The notes below the pieces were generated by a model. It ran no database searches, was not told where the DNA came from, and was given only the letters and a program-made list of their open reading frames with translations. DNA of 64,000 bases from the human T2T-CHM13v2.0 reference genome, Homo sapiens, in NCBI RefSeq assembly GCF_009914755.1, contig NC_060930.1; one strand, written 5' to 3'. Made by a program: the position numbers and the translations under genes. Position 1 is the stretch's first letter. Each line of letters begins with the position of its first letter. This document shows, in pieces, positions 11,599-25,703 of the stretch.

Positions 11599-12540
11599 CT
11601 TTTTTTCCTTTACATGCAGTGGAAGTTGCCTGCTATGGGCCTCTGAGTCACTTTGGGTGTTTGATTGTTGAATTGAAATGATTCTTTCCCTTGTACTGCA
11701 GAAATAACCAATAATAATCTTCGCGTGACCTGCGTGTTTTAAGAAAATTATCCTGGGGCTATCCTGGTAGGATATACGTACCATGCTGTTTCTGTGATAT
11801 ATAAAATTATTATCAGATGAAAACAAAAAATCATATCAGGAAAACATTTCATTCCTTATTTTAGAGCTAGAATGGACTTTGACTTTTCTTCATGCTTATT
11901 TATCTGAGAAAGCATTAGGTAGACTCTGAAGGAGGCATTTGCCTTTCTCCATGGGCTGAAGGGGGCAGTACTCTATCCAGTTAAGAACTAACGAAGTTGG
12001 ACAGTTGGACATTGGAATGTAACAGACGCTTCCCGAAGATTAAGATAATGAAGTTTCTCCTTGATCACCTCTGCAGGGTTTTCTAAAGGACAAATGAGCA
12101 ACTAAAAATGATTTTCCCTCTTCAGGAAGGAATTAACTTCTTATTTATTATTTTCCTAAAGAAAAATTAGAAGTAGAAAAATAATAAATGATTAATTTTA
12201 CTTGTTGTACATAGAGGCTATCATTGTGTGGTGCTCTCTTTATATGTGAAAGTGTATTTGAAATAAATCTTAAAATGTGGAGGTACAAGAAGGTGATTGT
12301 TCTCTAAATTGCTGTATTACTGTAAAACTAAATTTGAAGGGAATTTTTAAAGAACACCATATATTCCATTATTTTGACAACCCATCAATTTATGAAAGTA
12401 ATCTGAGCACATACTTCAATTTATTAGAGATAATTGTTCTGGGAATGCTAACACCCAAGCTCAGTAAGATCAATAATAAATTTGTACCTGAATTTGGGGT
12501 TATGGTTTAACTTTAATCCAGTCCATTTACTCCTCAACTA

Positions 12541-12850
<310 letters not shown>

Positions 12851-13269
12851 CTATTCACATACTATAGATTGTTTGTATTAAATATATTAAATAGGAAATT
12901 TATCTTCTAAAGTTCACTCATTTTATTTGAAGCAAATGCATATAATTTTAACTGATACTGTCTGCTTTTTCATCTCTTGAATGTCTTAACACAATATTTT
13001 ATGTATTTTTATCAGATGACAATTGTTATCTCTTTAATTAATCCAGTTAACCCATCCTGCAATTAATTCACAATAGGCATTTTAGTTGTGACTCAAAGTC
13101 CCCACTTAGTAAATGTTAATTCATAAGTAATATTCATAACTGAATGCTGGAGAAAAACTGCCCAAAGATTTGGGACTTAATAGAGTCTGTCTACAGCATT
13201 CTTAACTGGCGTGGTTTATTATAAGGTGAAATTTATAAAAAGGGATTTCACAGTTAGCCCTTGAAATGG

Positions 13270-13670
13270 CTTTCTGGGTGGGGTTCATGTTTAGTGTTTA
13301 TTAAATGCTCACTGTATATCAAGAAAGCAGAGAGGCTTAATACCCTGCTCAGAGTCACGTAACTAATGTATGGAATAGTCAAACTCAAAACCCAAGTCCA
13401 GTGCCTTTTCAGCTGTACAGCACTGACTGCAAAAATGGTTAGATCAAGTGAACATTTAATATTCTTTCAATCTTAGTTTCTAAATAGAGCTGTCTGCCTA
13501 TTTACTAGCTGTGTGACCTTAGGTAAGTTACTTAACCTCTCTGAGTCTTAGACATCACATCTGTAAAAAGAAGATAATATTATTATGGTAATTAAATGAA
13601 CTAATATTTGTGAAGAAATGAGAATAGTTCCTGAGACATAGTAAATGCTAAATACATACTTATCTAAGTA
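13270..13670. mobile_element. Two MIR fragments in opposite orientation
   Basis: Antisense MIR at ~13270-13420; sense MIR at ~13490-13670 (ACTAGCTGTGTGACCTTAGGTAAGTTACTTAACCTCTCTGAG). Confidence 0.7.
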
Positions 13671-13812
13671 AAATAAATATAACTATTTCTCAAGTAAACT
13701 TTTTATACAAGGATAAAAGTGTAACAAATGTTAAGCAGAAAATTACTCTTGAGCTAAAGAAAGGAAAGTAGAATTGCTTATACTGAAAGAGAAATGATTT
13801 TTATATAGCTCA

Positions 13813-14680
<868 letters not shown>

Positions 14681-15096
14681 TGGAAAAAAATGTCTTTACT
14701 GGAAAAACTATTCTCAGAGTTCTTAACAATGATATCTGATATTTACAGAGTGCTTTAGATGAATTGTCTCAATCTTTACAACAACTTGATGAGGTAGGTC
14801 CGATTATTATACCCATTTAACAGATGATAATATGGGCCCAATCTTTGCTCTTCAGCAGTCTGTTTTCCAGAGGGGATAGATGTATGCATCAGACAAATCT
14901 GCTCCTGAGAACTGCTGTCCATCCAGAGTGGGTAAACCAGGAGAGTGCCATTCTCACAAACAGTGTTTTCACAAAGTGCACACTGTCCAGGTGCATTACA
15001 TGTTAATTACACCCATCTTGTGTCTCACTAGTGATTTAGGAGAGTAGGCCAGGCATTGTGAAAAGCTCCTGTACTAGCTGTGTGCCTCTGGGAAGG

Positions 15097-15372
15097 TTTC
15101 TTTCTTTCTTTTTTTTTTTTTTTTTTTGAAACAGGATTTCCCTCTATCACCCCGGCTGGACTATGGTGATGGGAACAAGGCTTACCGCAGCCTCCACCTC
15201 ACAGGCTCATTACAGGCATGCACCACCACGCCTGGCTAATTTTGGTATTTTTAATAGAGACGGGGTTTCACTATCTTGGCCAGGCTGGTCTCGAACTCCT
15301 GGCCTCAAGTCATCTGCGCTTCTCGGCCTCTCAGGGTGCTGGGATTACAGGCGTGAGCCACCATATCCAGCC
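15097..15372 (-). mobile_element. Alu with internal deletion, inserted in a MIR
   Basis: Antisense Alu with a shortened right arm; MIR sequence on both flanks (15050-15095, 15375-15465). Confidence 0.85.
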
Positions 15373-15859
15373 AGCAAGTTACTTTCTTTATCTGAGCTTC
15401 ATTTCGCCTGTAAAAATTACTATTTCCATCCCTGTTTCACTGGATGGTTGTGAGGATGAGTAGTTTGAAGACAGAGACCCTTGAAGGGATCAGACGAAGA
15501 AGCTCACTCCTCTGGATCCTCGGTGCTGGGCACAGAATGAATGTTTAGAACTGTGTCTTTCATGACTGCCTCCCTCCCTTCCTCCTCTTTTGAGTGGAGT
15601 GAAAAATTTGAAGCTGTCTCCTGGGCTGCTCAGACTCCCTGAGGCCTTGGTGTCCTGTATTCAGGGATGGCTGCGAATGAGTACAACAGTGTAGGTGAAG
15701 TGACCTGGGACTTCCTTGCTACTCTGTTGTGTGTTGATTGCACACACTCATGCTAGATTATTTCTAAGGCCTTAGTGGTTCAAGTTTACAGATTTTATGG
15801 TACTTACTTTCCACTTCACTTTCATGTACTTTGTCAAGGAGAGTAATCTGTAGACTAGA

Positions 15860-16620
15860 AATGCCAAAATAATTAGAGTTAAAGAGGAAATCCAAGATGA
15901 GAAAGCAGTGTGAGAGAGCATACAAATTTAGTTAAAATGAGGTCAAAGGATACTGAAAAGGCTTACAGATATGTCTTCATAGCCAGTCCGATGTCTTCAA
16001 GAAACTATCATGGAAGGTCTCAGAAGACATTTAAGGAACCAAAAGTGGGCAGAGGTGGATTTCAAAAACTATGGGTTGGTACTCAATATGCACAGTGGTA
16101 GCCTGGAATACAAGGACTAGTACGTTTTACTAAACATCTCGAACGTAAAGCAGGGGTCACTAGGCGGCAGCCTGGATTTGCCAAAAATAAGGCATGCAAA
16201 AGTAGGCTCATTTTCTTTATGATGGGGTTGAGACTAGGTCATGGGCTGCAACACATGTAACTCTATCAGGATTTCAGGCGTTTAAGTAACACACCCCCTC
16301 AATCTACCCGTGAGGACCATGTTCAGTAACAGTCACAGGCTGTTAAATATCATGTCAAAAGAAAGGCCTGCTCTTCTCCTCTGGGTACCAGTGTTTTAGA
16401 GGGATGCTGACACTAAAGGTGATGTCAAGTTTGGAAATTAGGAAGTAGTTGAATGGGTCAGGGATGTTTGCTGGAAGAAAAGAATCCCTGTGGGACATGT
16501 GAGCACTGTCTCACAACATTTGAATATGAGGAAAAAGAGGTGTTTCCTTATCTATGTTTTTTGGGAAGTGCTACCGCAGGGATTGCTAGGACAACAGTGA
16601 AAAACATGGCTGGAAGTTCT
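15860..16620 (+). mobile_element. L3/CR1 LINE fragments
   Basis: CAGCCTGGATTTGCCAAAAATAAGGCATGCAAAAGTAGGCTCATTTTCTTTATGATGGGGTT resembles CR1 RT region; CAGGGATGTTTGCTGGAAGAAAAGAA resembles the CR1 3' ORF2. Confidence 0.65.
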
Positions 16621-16849
16621 GTGAGGCTGAAGTGAGTGGTCTAGGCCCTGAGGGACTGGCCCTGCAAATGGAGGGGCAGGATGTTGTTCAGGGCATGAAG
16701 GCAACAAGGTTGCTGCTGAATTAAATGGGGATGGTGAAGATGGGGGCAAACACTGTTTTGACTTCACTCAATTGAATATGATCTCTTCTAAATTTTGACT
16801 TATACCATTCTTGTAGTAATTTTGCCAAGCCGTGATTTTTTAAAACCTG

Positions 16850-17060
<211 letters not shown>

Positions 17061-17624
17061 TAAACCTGTTTTATTATCTTTATTTATCAGCCATTTGAAG
17101 GTAGAAACTCTGTTCTATTCCTTCTTGAATTCTTATAGCTGCTGCGTTGGTTGTCTTTAGTATTTTCCATTAATTTTAATACCATTTTCTGTCATTTTCA
17201 AATAGCTATTAAGTTTCCAAAAGTAATTGTTTTTTTCTGAGAAGACAAAAACCAAAGGAATCATGCTTGGATTTTGGAAAATATCTCTCTCCCTACATGT
17301 TGGTGGGAACAATTCTGGCCCTTCTGACTTAGTCACAGTAGACAAGTTGTTCTTTATATATAGAGGGCAAAACCTCACTCATCAAGCCAAAGTTTCTCAC
17401 CAACTCAGTTGAATACAACATGTAATTACTTAAGAGTATTATATTTTCACCTTGGTAAGTGTTCAAAAATTGCAGATTTATCCCAATTATCAAGTCTGGT
17501 TGGGAAGAGCCTTTGAAATGGAGTCCACCATGTAATGGGGGAAAAGATGTCCCTTACTCAAGGAGACCAGTCTCTTGGTATGTGTGTGGTGGAAGGGACA
17601 GACTGTGGCACATTCATCGTTCAG

Positions 17625-17850
17625 GAGCACAGGTCATTTGGATTAGAATCAGATTCTACCGCTAACCAGTTATCTGACCTTGGGCAAGTTACTTAAACTC
17701 TGTGCCTTAGTCTCCTCACCTGTGCCAAGGAAATAGTAATAATGCCCACCGCATATGGTGGTTGTAATGTTTGAATGACTTCTTGTATATACATACTTAG
17801 AGCAGTACATGGGTGGTAAGTACTACATAAGTGATTTTTATCATCATTAT
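17625..17850 (+). mobile_element. MIR
   Basis: TGACCTTGGGCAAGTTACTTAAACTCTGTGCCTTAGTCTCCTCACCTGT. Confidence 0.8.
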
Positions 17851-18438
17851 TATGCATAAGGCCAATCCAGTGGAGAAAATTTACTTGGAAAAAGAATAAA
17901 GAAAGACTAATTGTTCTCCTTCACCTCTTTGGTTCCTCTTCTGGTTTGACAGTGGGGCCACAGTTTCACTTGGAGAGAAAAAAGGGATGTATGAAAAAGA
18001 GAGAGAAGAGGAGAAAGAAAGGAAGGGAAAGATGACAGCTGATATCATGCTGTTGTTCATTTCTACCAGGAAATGAAGTCCATTGCATTGATGGACAGTA
18101 ATTCCCTAAAAAAGCAAATTCTGGAGTTAATACAAACAGCCATTGGGTCATTATTATAAATTTCACTTCTGAAGCATTCAGCCAATGATAGAACCAACCC
18201 TATATATGGGTTGAACCAACCTGAATGACCCCCATAATCAGTAGTTTGATCTGGCAGTACAATTAAGTCAATGGATGCCTACTAAGGTACTCTCCGTTTA
18301 TTGACTCTTGTTGATTTAAAGGCTAAGGGCCTTCTCTCTAAGTTGCATTTTGGTTAATGACATTTAATGATATTTTCATGCTAATAACCTCAACTTGCTG
18401 ACATCTTGAGATGTATTTCTTTGGCTTCTATATTATAA

Positions 18439-18801
<363 letters not shown>

Positions 18802-19968
18802 TAGTAATAATTTGTTGGGAGAGAAACCATCCTATAAATGTGTGGAGGACTCTTGTTGGGGATGATGTCATATTATAAGTTTTCAGTAAATATAGGTTGA
18901 ATGAATAAAGGAGTACGAATCATTTCAAGCAGTTTATACCAAACCATTTGATGGAATATGACCGGGTTAGAGTGTATGATAGATGTGAATGGCAAAGAAG
19001 CCAGAGGAACCTTGAGTTGTATTCAGAGGATATATTGACTCTGAAGATAAAGGGTAGAAGAGTTAAGAGGGCATCTTGGTATTCATTTGGCACAATTAAT
19101 GTGAAGAAAATTGTAACCTCCAAAAATAGAAAAGTGATTTATTCCATTCTGTTACTAAAGTAGTGTGTATATGCGCATGCGAGTGTGGTTCTAGATGTAT
19201 ATATACATAAAAAGCAATGAAATGAGATTTTTCTTAAATAAAACCCGCTTATTTTCATCACTGTACAAATTGTTGTCATTCAGACTTTTGATAAATTATT
19301 TCCTTTTCTCTTTCTTATTCCTTATCTGCTGAATGCATATCACACCCCTCATGAGCCAGAAACTGGTTTATTATATGATATAAAATATATCAAGGTTATT
19401 GGCACATATGGGAGCTTTCCTGTAGGAGACATAGAATTATGTGTTTTATAGAACTTCTAGAAAACACAGCCTCTACCTGCTTAGAATTTACATTTGAACA
19501 TATTGAGAGATAGGTATTGTCTTAAGCAAAACCATCGCTCGACTCTAAGTGTCAACATGCATAAATAGCATATGAAATCTGCTTTAAATCACAGATGAGG
19601 TCATTGAAAATGTGCATCTTTTTAGATGAATGCAAATACAGGACAGAATTTCCTGAAAATAATGTATTTCACTTAGTTGGCTCCATATTCCCAATCTGGG
19701 TTATTATGTTATCAATTTATCCTAGTAACTCTCTTTTTCAATTAATTATTTAATGTGTGTTTTTGTGTCTATATGTATTCATCTATTTTTGTTCCAGTGC
19801 CACATGTCTCCTGACTTTTCTTCCTCAGAGTAAAAATGCAAGGATCCGTTGCTTCTCTCTCTTCCTCTCCTGTGACCTCCCTTGCACACATTGCTTTAGA
19901 CCAGGCTTCTCACAGTTTGATGAGGCTCAGGATAATGGGAGAAGGAAGGCAGCTGTTCAAACACAGAT

Positions 19969-20307
<339 letters not shown>

Positions 20308-20399
20308 CTAGATTATGACAAAGTAGATCTGAGAAGTTGCATTGCTGACAGAGTTCTGGGTGCTGCTGCTGCTGGGCAGATGACCACATCATGGCTCCA

Positions 20400-20818
20400 A
20401 CGACACATCTCCTTTCTGCTCCTGGAACACACCAGACTTGTCCCATCTCAGGGCCTTTGCACTGGCTATTTCTTCTTCTTGGAAAGTTCTCTTGTCGAGA
20501 CCCTTCAGGTTTTTTCTTAAATGTTATTTTCTCATGAGGGCTTCTTTGGTTGCTGAAGTTAGAATTGCAACTCCCCCTTGCTCTACAATACTTCCCACCC
20601 TCTTTCCTTGCTCTTTTTATCTTTCACCCGTTTAACATGTTATATAGTTTATTTATGTGTAGTGTTTTTTTTTCCATCTGTCTCCCTAGTAAAACGTAAG
20701 CAACGGAAGTGTAGGAATTGTCTATATTTGGTTGCTTTCTTGTTGTATCCTCAGCACCTTGAACAGTTCCTGGTACATAGTAAGCCTCAGCAAGCACTTG
20801 TTGAAGGAGTGAATGACA
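20400..20818 (+). mobile_element. L2a 3' end
   Basis: CTCAGGGCCTTTGCACTGGCT...CCTGGTACATAGTAAG...TTGTTGAAGGAGTGAATGA. Confidence 0.8.
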
Positions 20819-22744
20819 GATTCACTAAGAGTTTACAACAGGGATCCAAAAGAATTATTGCAACCACAAAATAGGGTTCAGTCAGTGATGGTTATAATTA
20901 ATGCATGCCGAAGGCTCGTAGTTCTCTAGGGGTTTGCAGAAAATGTTTACTTTTTGGGAATTTATATCCTGAAAGACATGAAATTATTAACCCCCGTAAA
21001 AAAATGGATCAAACCAGATGACACTAATCACACGATTGAGGCCTGTTCTTGTACTAGGTGCAAAAGAGTTGAGTTTCTGCTGGTGAGACGCTAACTCTCT
21101 TCTTCTTAGGACCTTTCTTTATTCTTTTTTTGGATTAAAGAATAATACTTGTGGAAATATTCTTTTTTTTCAGAAGAGATCTGAACTGATTTACAGGAAA
21201 TACAAACGTATATAATAAATAGAAGATGGTACATAAATAATTATATGAAAATCTGGTAATATAGTAATAACTAGTAATAGAAACTCTCATCATATATTAA
21301 ATATCAATTGATTATATCTCATTGTAGCATTCTATCAGAACCTTGAAAACAGTTACATCCCTGGCTCCATGCTTTTAATTCTTTGATAAAATTGAATATA
21401 ATATATTTGTAGAGCAGAGAATCTTTGTGTACATGTGTATGTCAGTATTATTCCTCATTATCTCTATGGTAAAATGGAAGATATAAGCATCTTGTTCTTG
21501 AAGTCTGAATTTATAATCTTGATATGTCCCTCTGACAAGTGCAAAATCTTACTCATATCACCTCTGCCTTTAAAAATAAACTGTTGTCTTTATCAAAAAC
21601 AACAGAGAAACACCAGGCCTCAAATAACGCAATCGTGTTTCATTGTGATACCAGTTCTCAGTCTTCCTTAGGTATTTTTCTAACTCTTGAAGTTTAAAAC
21701 CTAATAATAGGAATTTTTATTCATGTTTTATATATTTATGAATTTTTCAATATACATACTGTCACAATGGAAATTTTTGGAAAGCAGAAAGAACTGTTAA
21801 TTATTCCATCGTCATTTGCAGTAATCTCCCACAAACCCTTTTCTGGTATTGATAGAGATATTTTTCAAGGCTTGCAAGTAATAATTATAGTATTGAAAAA
21901 ATGACAGTTTGTGTGTACTCACTGTGAGCTGTGTACTTTTACTGGAAACATGCAAATTAGGGCTCATGGAAGGCTGCATAATAGCCTCTAATTATGTCAT
22001 ATTTCCCTGAAATTGTATTATATTTACATATTCTGGAACTGAGGATGACACCATAGAGGGTCCTCTCATGGCACACTTATGGAATCTGACCTCATGGTGG
22101 CTCAGTTAAGGCAGGAATGAACACAGAAAGCTATGCTAACTAGAGACTTCAGCACTCTGCACTTAAGCATTTCCGAAAAGAAATATGTTAGAAGCAATTT
22201 GAAGCATGTTGGAATTTGTTTGGAATCCAGATTTCTGCTTTTAGAGCTACTTACTGTATACTTAAGGAGTTCTCATACAATTGGAAGCAATTTGTGGGTG
22301 ACTGCATTTATTTTTGCCTTATTGCCCTAGAGCAGTAAACTGTCAGACTACAACAGAATTGGAATGTGATGCTTGTTTCATATGATTTTACAAGGAGTAT
22401 GACCGATTTCACTTTGACAAAGAAACATAACAGTCAATGCATTTGCTTAAATATTAACACTGTTATCAGTGTTGATTCCGACATTCAGAAAGCCAATGCT
22501 GCTTTCCTTTGCTGCAGCCATGATTTAAACATGCATTCACTGGGAAGTGCAGAGTTCATGGGAGGCAGGCCCTGTCCAGGAGTAGAGGAATTTGTTGGAC
22601 TTTTATACAGTGCTTATCATGTCACAGGCATACATTGAATGGGAAAACACCACACACACAGACGCCCCTACTCATAGTTGTAACTGCTTTGCTATCATTA
22701 GTACAATATTTTCATTTTATTTCACTTCATTCTCATTAGTACAA

Positions 22745-24684
22745 CATTAACATTTGTGGGTACATAGTAGGTGTACATATTTTATGGGGTACATGCGATG
22801 TTTTGATACAGGCATGCAATGTAAAATAAGCATATCATGGAGAATGGGATAGGTATCCGTCCCCTCAAGTATTTATCCTTTGAGTTACAAACAATCCAAT
22901 TACACTCTTTAAGTCATTTTAAAGTGTACAATTAAGTTATGATGGACTAAAGTCACCCTGTTGTGCTATCAAATAACAGGTCCTATTCATTCTACTTTTT
23001 TGGTACCCGTGAACCATCCCCACCTTCCCCCCAGCCCCTCACCACCCTTCCCAGCCTCTGTAACCATCTTTCTACTCTCTATGTCCATGAGTTCAACAGT
23101 TTTAATTTCTAGATCCCACAAATAAGTGAGAACATATTTGTCTTTTTGTGCCTGGCTTATTTCACTTAATATTGTGATCTCCAGTTCCATCCATGTTGTT
23201 GCAAATGACAGCATCTATTTCTTTTTATGGCTGAATAGTACTCCATTGTGTATATGTACCACATTTCCTTTATTCATCTGCTGATGGACACTCAGGATGC
23301 TTCCTGATCTTAGGTATTGTAAACAGTGCTTCAACAAACATGAAAATATAGATGTCTCTCCGATATACTGATTTCTTTTCTTTTGGGTATATACCCAGCA
23401 GTGGGATTACTGGGTCATATGGTAGCTCAGTATTCAGGTTTCTGAGGAAACTCCAAAGTATTTTCCATAGTGGCTGTACTCATTTATATTCCCACCAACA
23501 GTGTACGAGGGTTCCCTTTCCTCCACATCCTCACCAGCATTTATTATTGCTTGTCTTTTGAATATAAGCCATTTTAACTGGGGTGAGCTGATACCTCATT
23601 GTAGTTTTGATTTGCATTTCTCATTGATGACTAATGATGTTGATCACTTTTTATGTGCCTGTTTGCCATTTGTATGTCTTTTTTTTTTTTTTTTTTGAGA
23701 AATGTCTACTCAAATCTTTTACCCATTTTTGGATCAGATTATTAGATTTTTTCCTATAGAGTTTTTTGAGCTCCTTATGTATTCTGGTTATTAATCCTTT
23801 GTCAGATGGGTAGTTTGAAAATATTTTCTCCCATTCTGTGGGTTATCTACTCACTTTCTGGATTGTATCCTTTGCTGTGCAGAAGCTTTTGAACTTGATG
23901 GGATCTTATTTGTCCATTTTTGCTTTGGTTGCCTGTGCTTGTGGAGTATTCCTCAAGAAATCTTTGACCAGACCAATGTCCTGGAGATTTTCCCCGATGT
24001 TTTCTTGTATTAGTTTCATAGTGTGAAGTCTTAGATTTAAGTCTTTAATCTATTTTGATTGATTTTTGTATATGGCAAGAGATAGGGGTCTAGTTTCATT
24101 CTTCTGCATATGGATATCCAGTTTTCCCAGCACCATTTATTGATGAGACAGTCTTTTCCCTGGTATATGTCCTGGACACCTTTATAAAAAATGAGTTTAC
24201 TGTCAGTGTATGGATTTGTTTCTGGGTTCTCTATTCTGTTCCATTGGTCTATGTGTCTATTTTTATGCCAGTACCATGCTGTTTTGATTACTATAGCTCT
24301 GTAGTATAATTTGAAGTCAGGTACTGTGATTCTCTCAGTTTTATTCTTTTCGCTTAGGATAACTTTGGCTATCCTGGGTCTTTTGTGGTTCCACATAAAT
24401 TTTAGGATTTTTTTTTCTATTTCTGAAGAATGTCACTGGTATTTTGATAGGGATTACATTGAATCTATAGATTGCTTTGGGTAGTATGGACATTTTAACA
24501 ATATTGATTCTTCCAATTCATGAACATGGAATATTTTTTATTTTTTGGTGTTCTCTTCAATTTCTTTCACCGGTGTTTTATGGTTTTCATTATAGAGATC
24601 TTCCACTTCTTTGGCTAAGTTAATTTCTAGGTATTTAATTTTATGCGTGGCTATAGTAAATGGTATTACTTTTTAATTTCTTTT
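22745..24684 (-). mobile_element. L1MA 3' portion (ORF2 C-terminus plus 3' UTR), 5'-truncated
   Basis: ORF 24037-24396 translates as L1 ORF2 ([34 protein letters not shown]); 3' UTR SFATTWMELE; candidate TSD TTAGTACA(A/G)TATTTT at 22698 and 24685. Confidence 0.93.
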
Positions 24685-25679
24685 TTAGTACAGTATTTTT
24701 AGTGTTCAAGAATATAGTTAAGGAGTACAAAAGCAATCTTCAGCATAAAAGCTGAAGTTGTCATATATGGCAGCCACTGTCAATGGTACTCATATTGATG
24801 TGTCTCTTTTTTTCTAGAAAGTGGGAAAATGTAAAACTGCTTGTCTAGTGCATTTTCTGTACAGATATGAAAGTCAAACCATTATCTTCTAACTGTGCAA
24901 TTCAACTATATCATCCTCACTTCCTCCATTATGGAAAAGGCCTGCTTGGGTCAGTGGTATTTAAGCCAAGGCTTTCCCACTACTAATACTAATTTCATGC
25001 AGTTCCAGATTTGGGGAATATAACTTAACCTAGACGAGTTGAAGATCATTGTAGCAACTCTTATTGAATGCAGGCTGTATACAGAACATCTCATTTTGCC
25101 AGGGACCATGGAGAGCCATAAGAGGAAATACAGTGCTTCTTCAGAGTTCATAATTAAACTGTAAAAAGGGGGCTAATATAAATAAATACTTTTAATTATA
25201 GAATATATGTTAAGTTACTGACTTCTAAAATAACATTGAACACAAATGAATGCTTTTCATTTCAAAGTAGACTCCTTGCACAGACAATATAAACTTATAA
25301 CAAGGCCATTTCTCAAGAGCATTTTAGAACCTATATTACGTTTTTTAGTATTCTCAAAGGAGGATAATGCATGTCATTTGCCAGAATTTTGGAAAGAATC
25401 AAAAACCATTTGTAGGCATGTCTGATGAGTGAGATCTACAATCAGAAAGCTGAACGTCAAGTTTGAAAAAAACAAAAACCATGTTTGCAGTCAAAGAGTT
25501 GCTGTAATAAAGAAGACCACCATTAGTCTTAGTCAGCATATTTGTGTCATATAAGATTCCTTGAGTATTTGACATATACTAAAACTGATTTGGGCTATTA
25601 ATACAATACGCAGCATACACAGAAATCAAGATTTGCTACTTCAACAAAACCAGATAGCAAAAAAAGAAATCTTGGTGTT

Positions 25680-25703
25680 CAAATCAAATTATAATTTGAT
25701 TTG
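25680..25703. repeat. Perfect 24-bp palindrome CAAATCAAATTATAATTTGATTTG
   Basis: Self-reverse-complementary; read directly. Confidence 0.95.

Noticed and set aside
16157-16172. CTCF-like TCACTAGGCGGCAG
   Set aside because: Two mismatches at informative positions; lies inside an L3/CR1 relic.
24037-24396. 119-aa ORF with real protein similarity
   Set aside because: Decayed L1 ORF2 fragment of a truncated L1MA, not a host gene.
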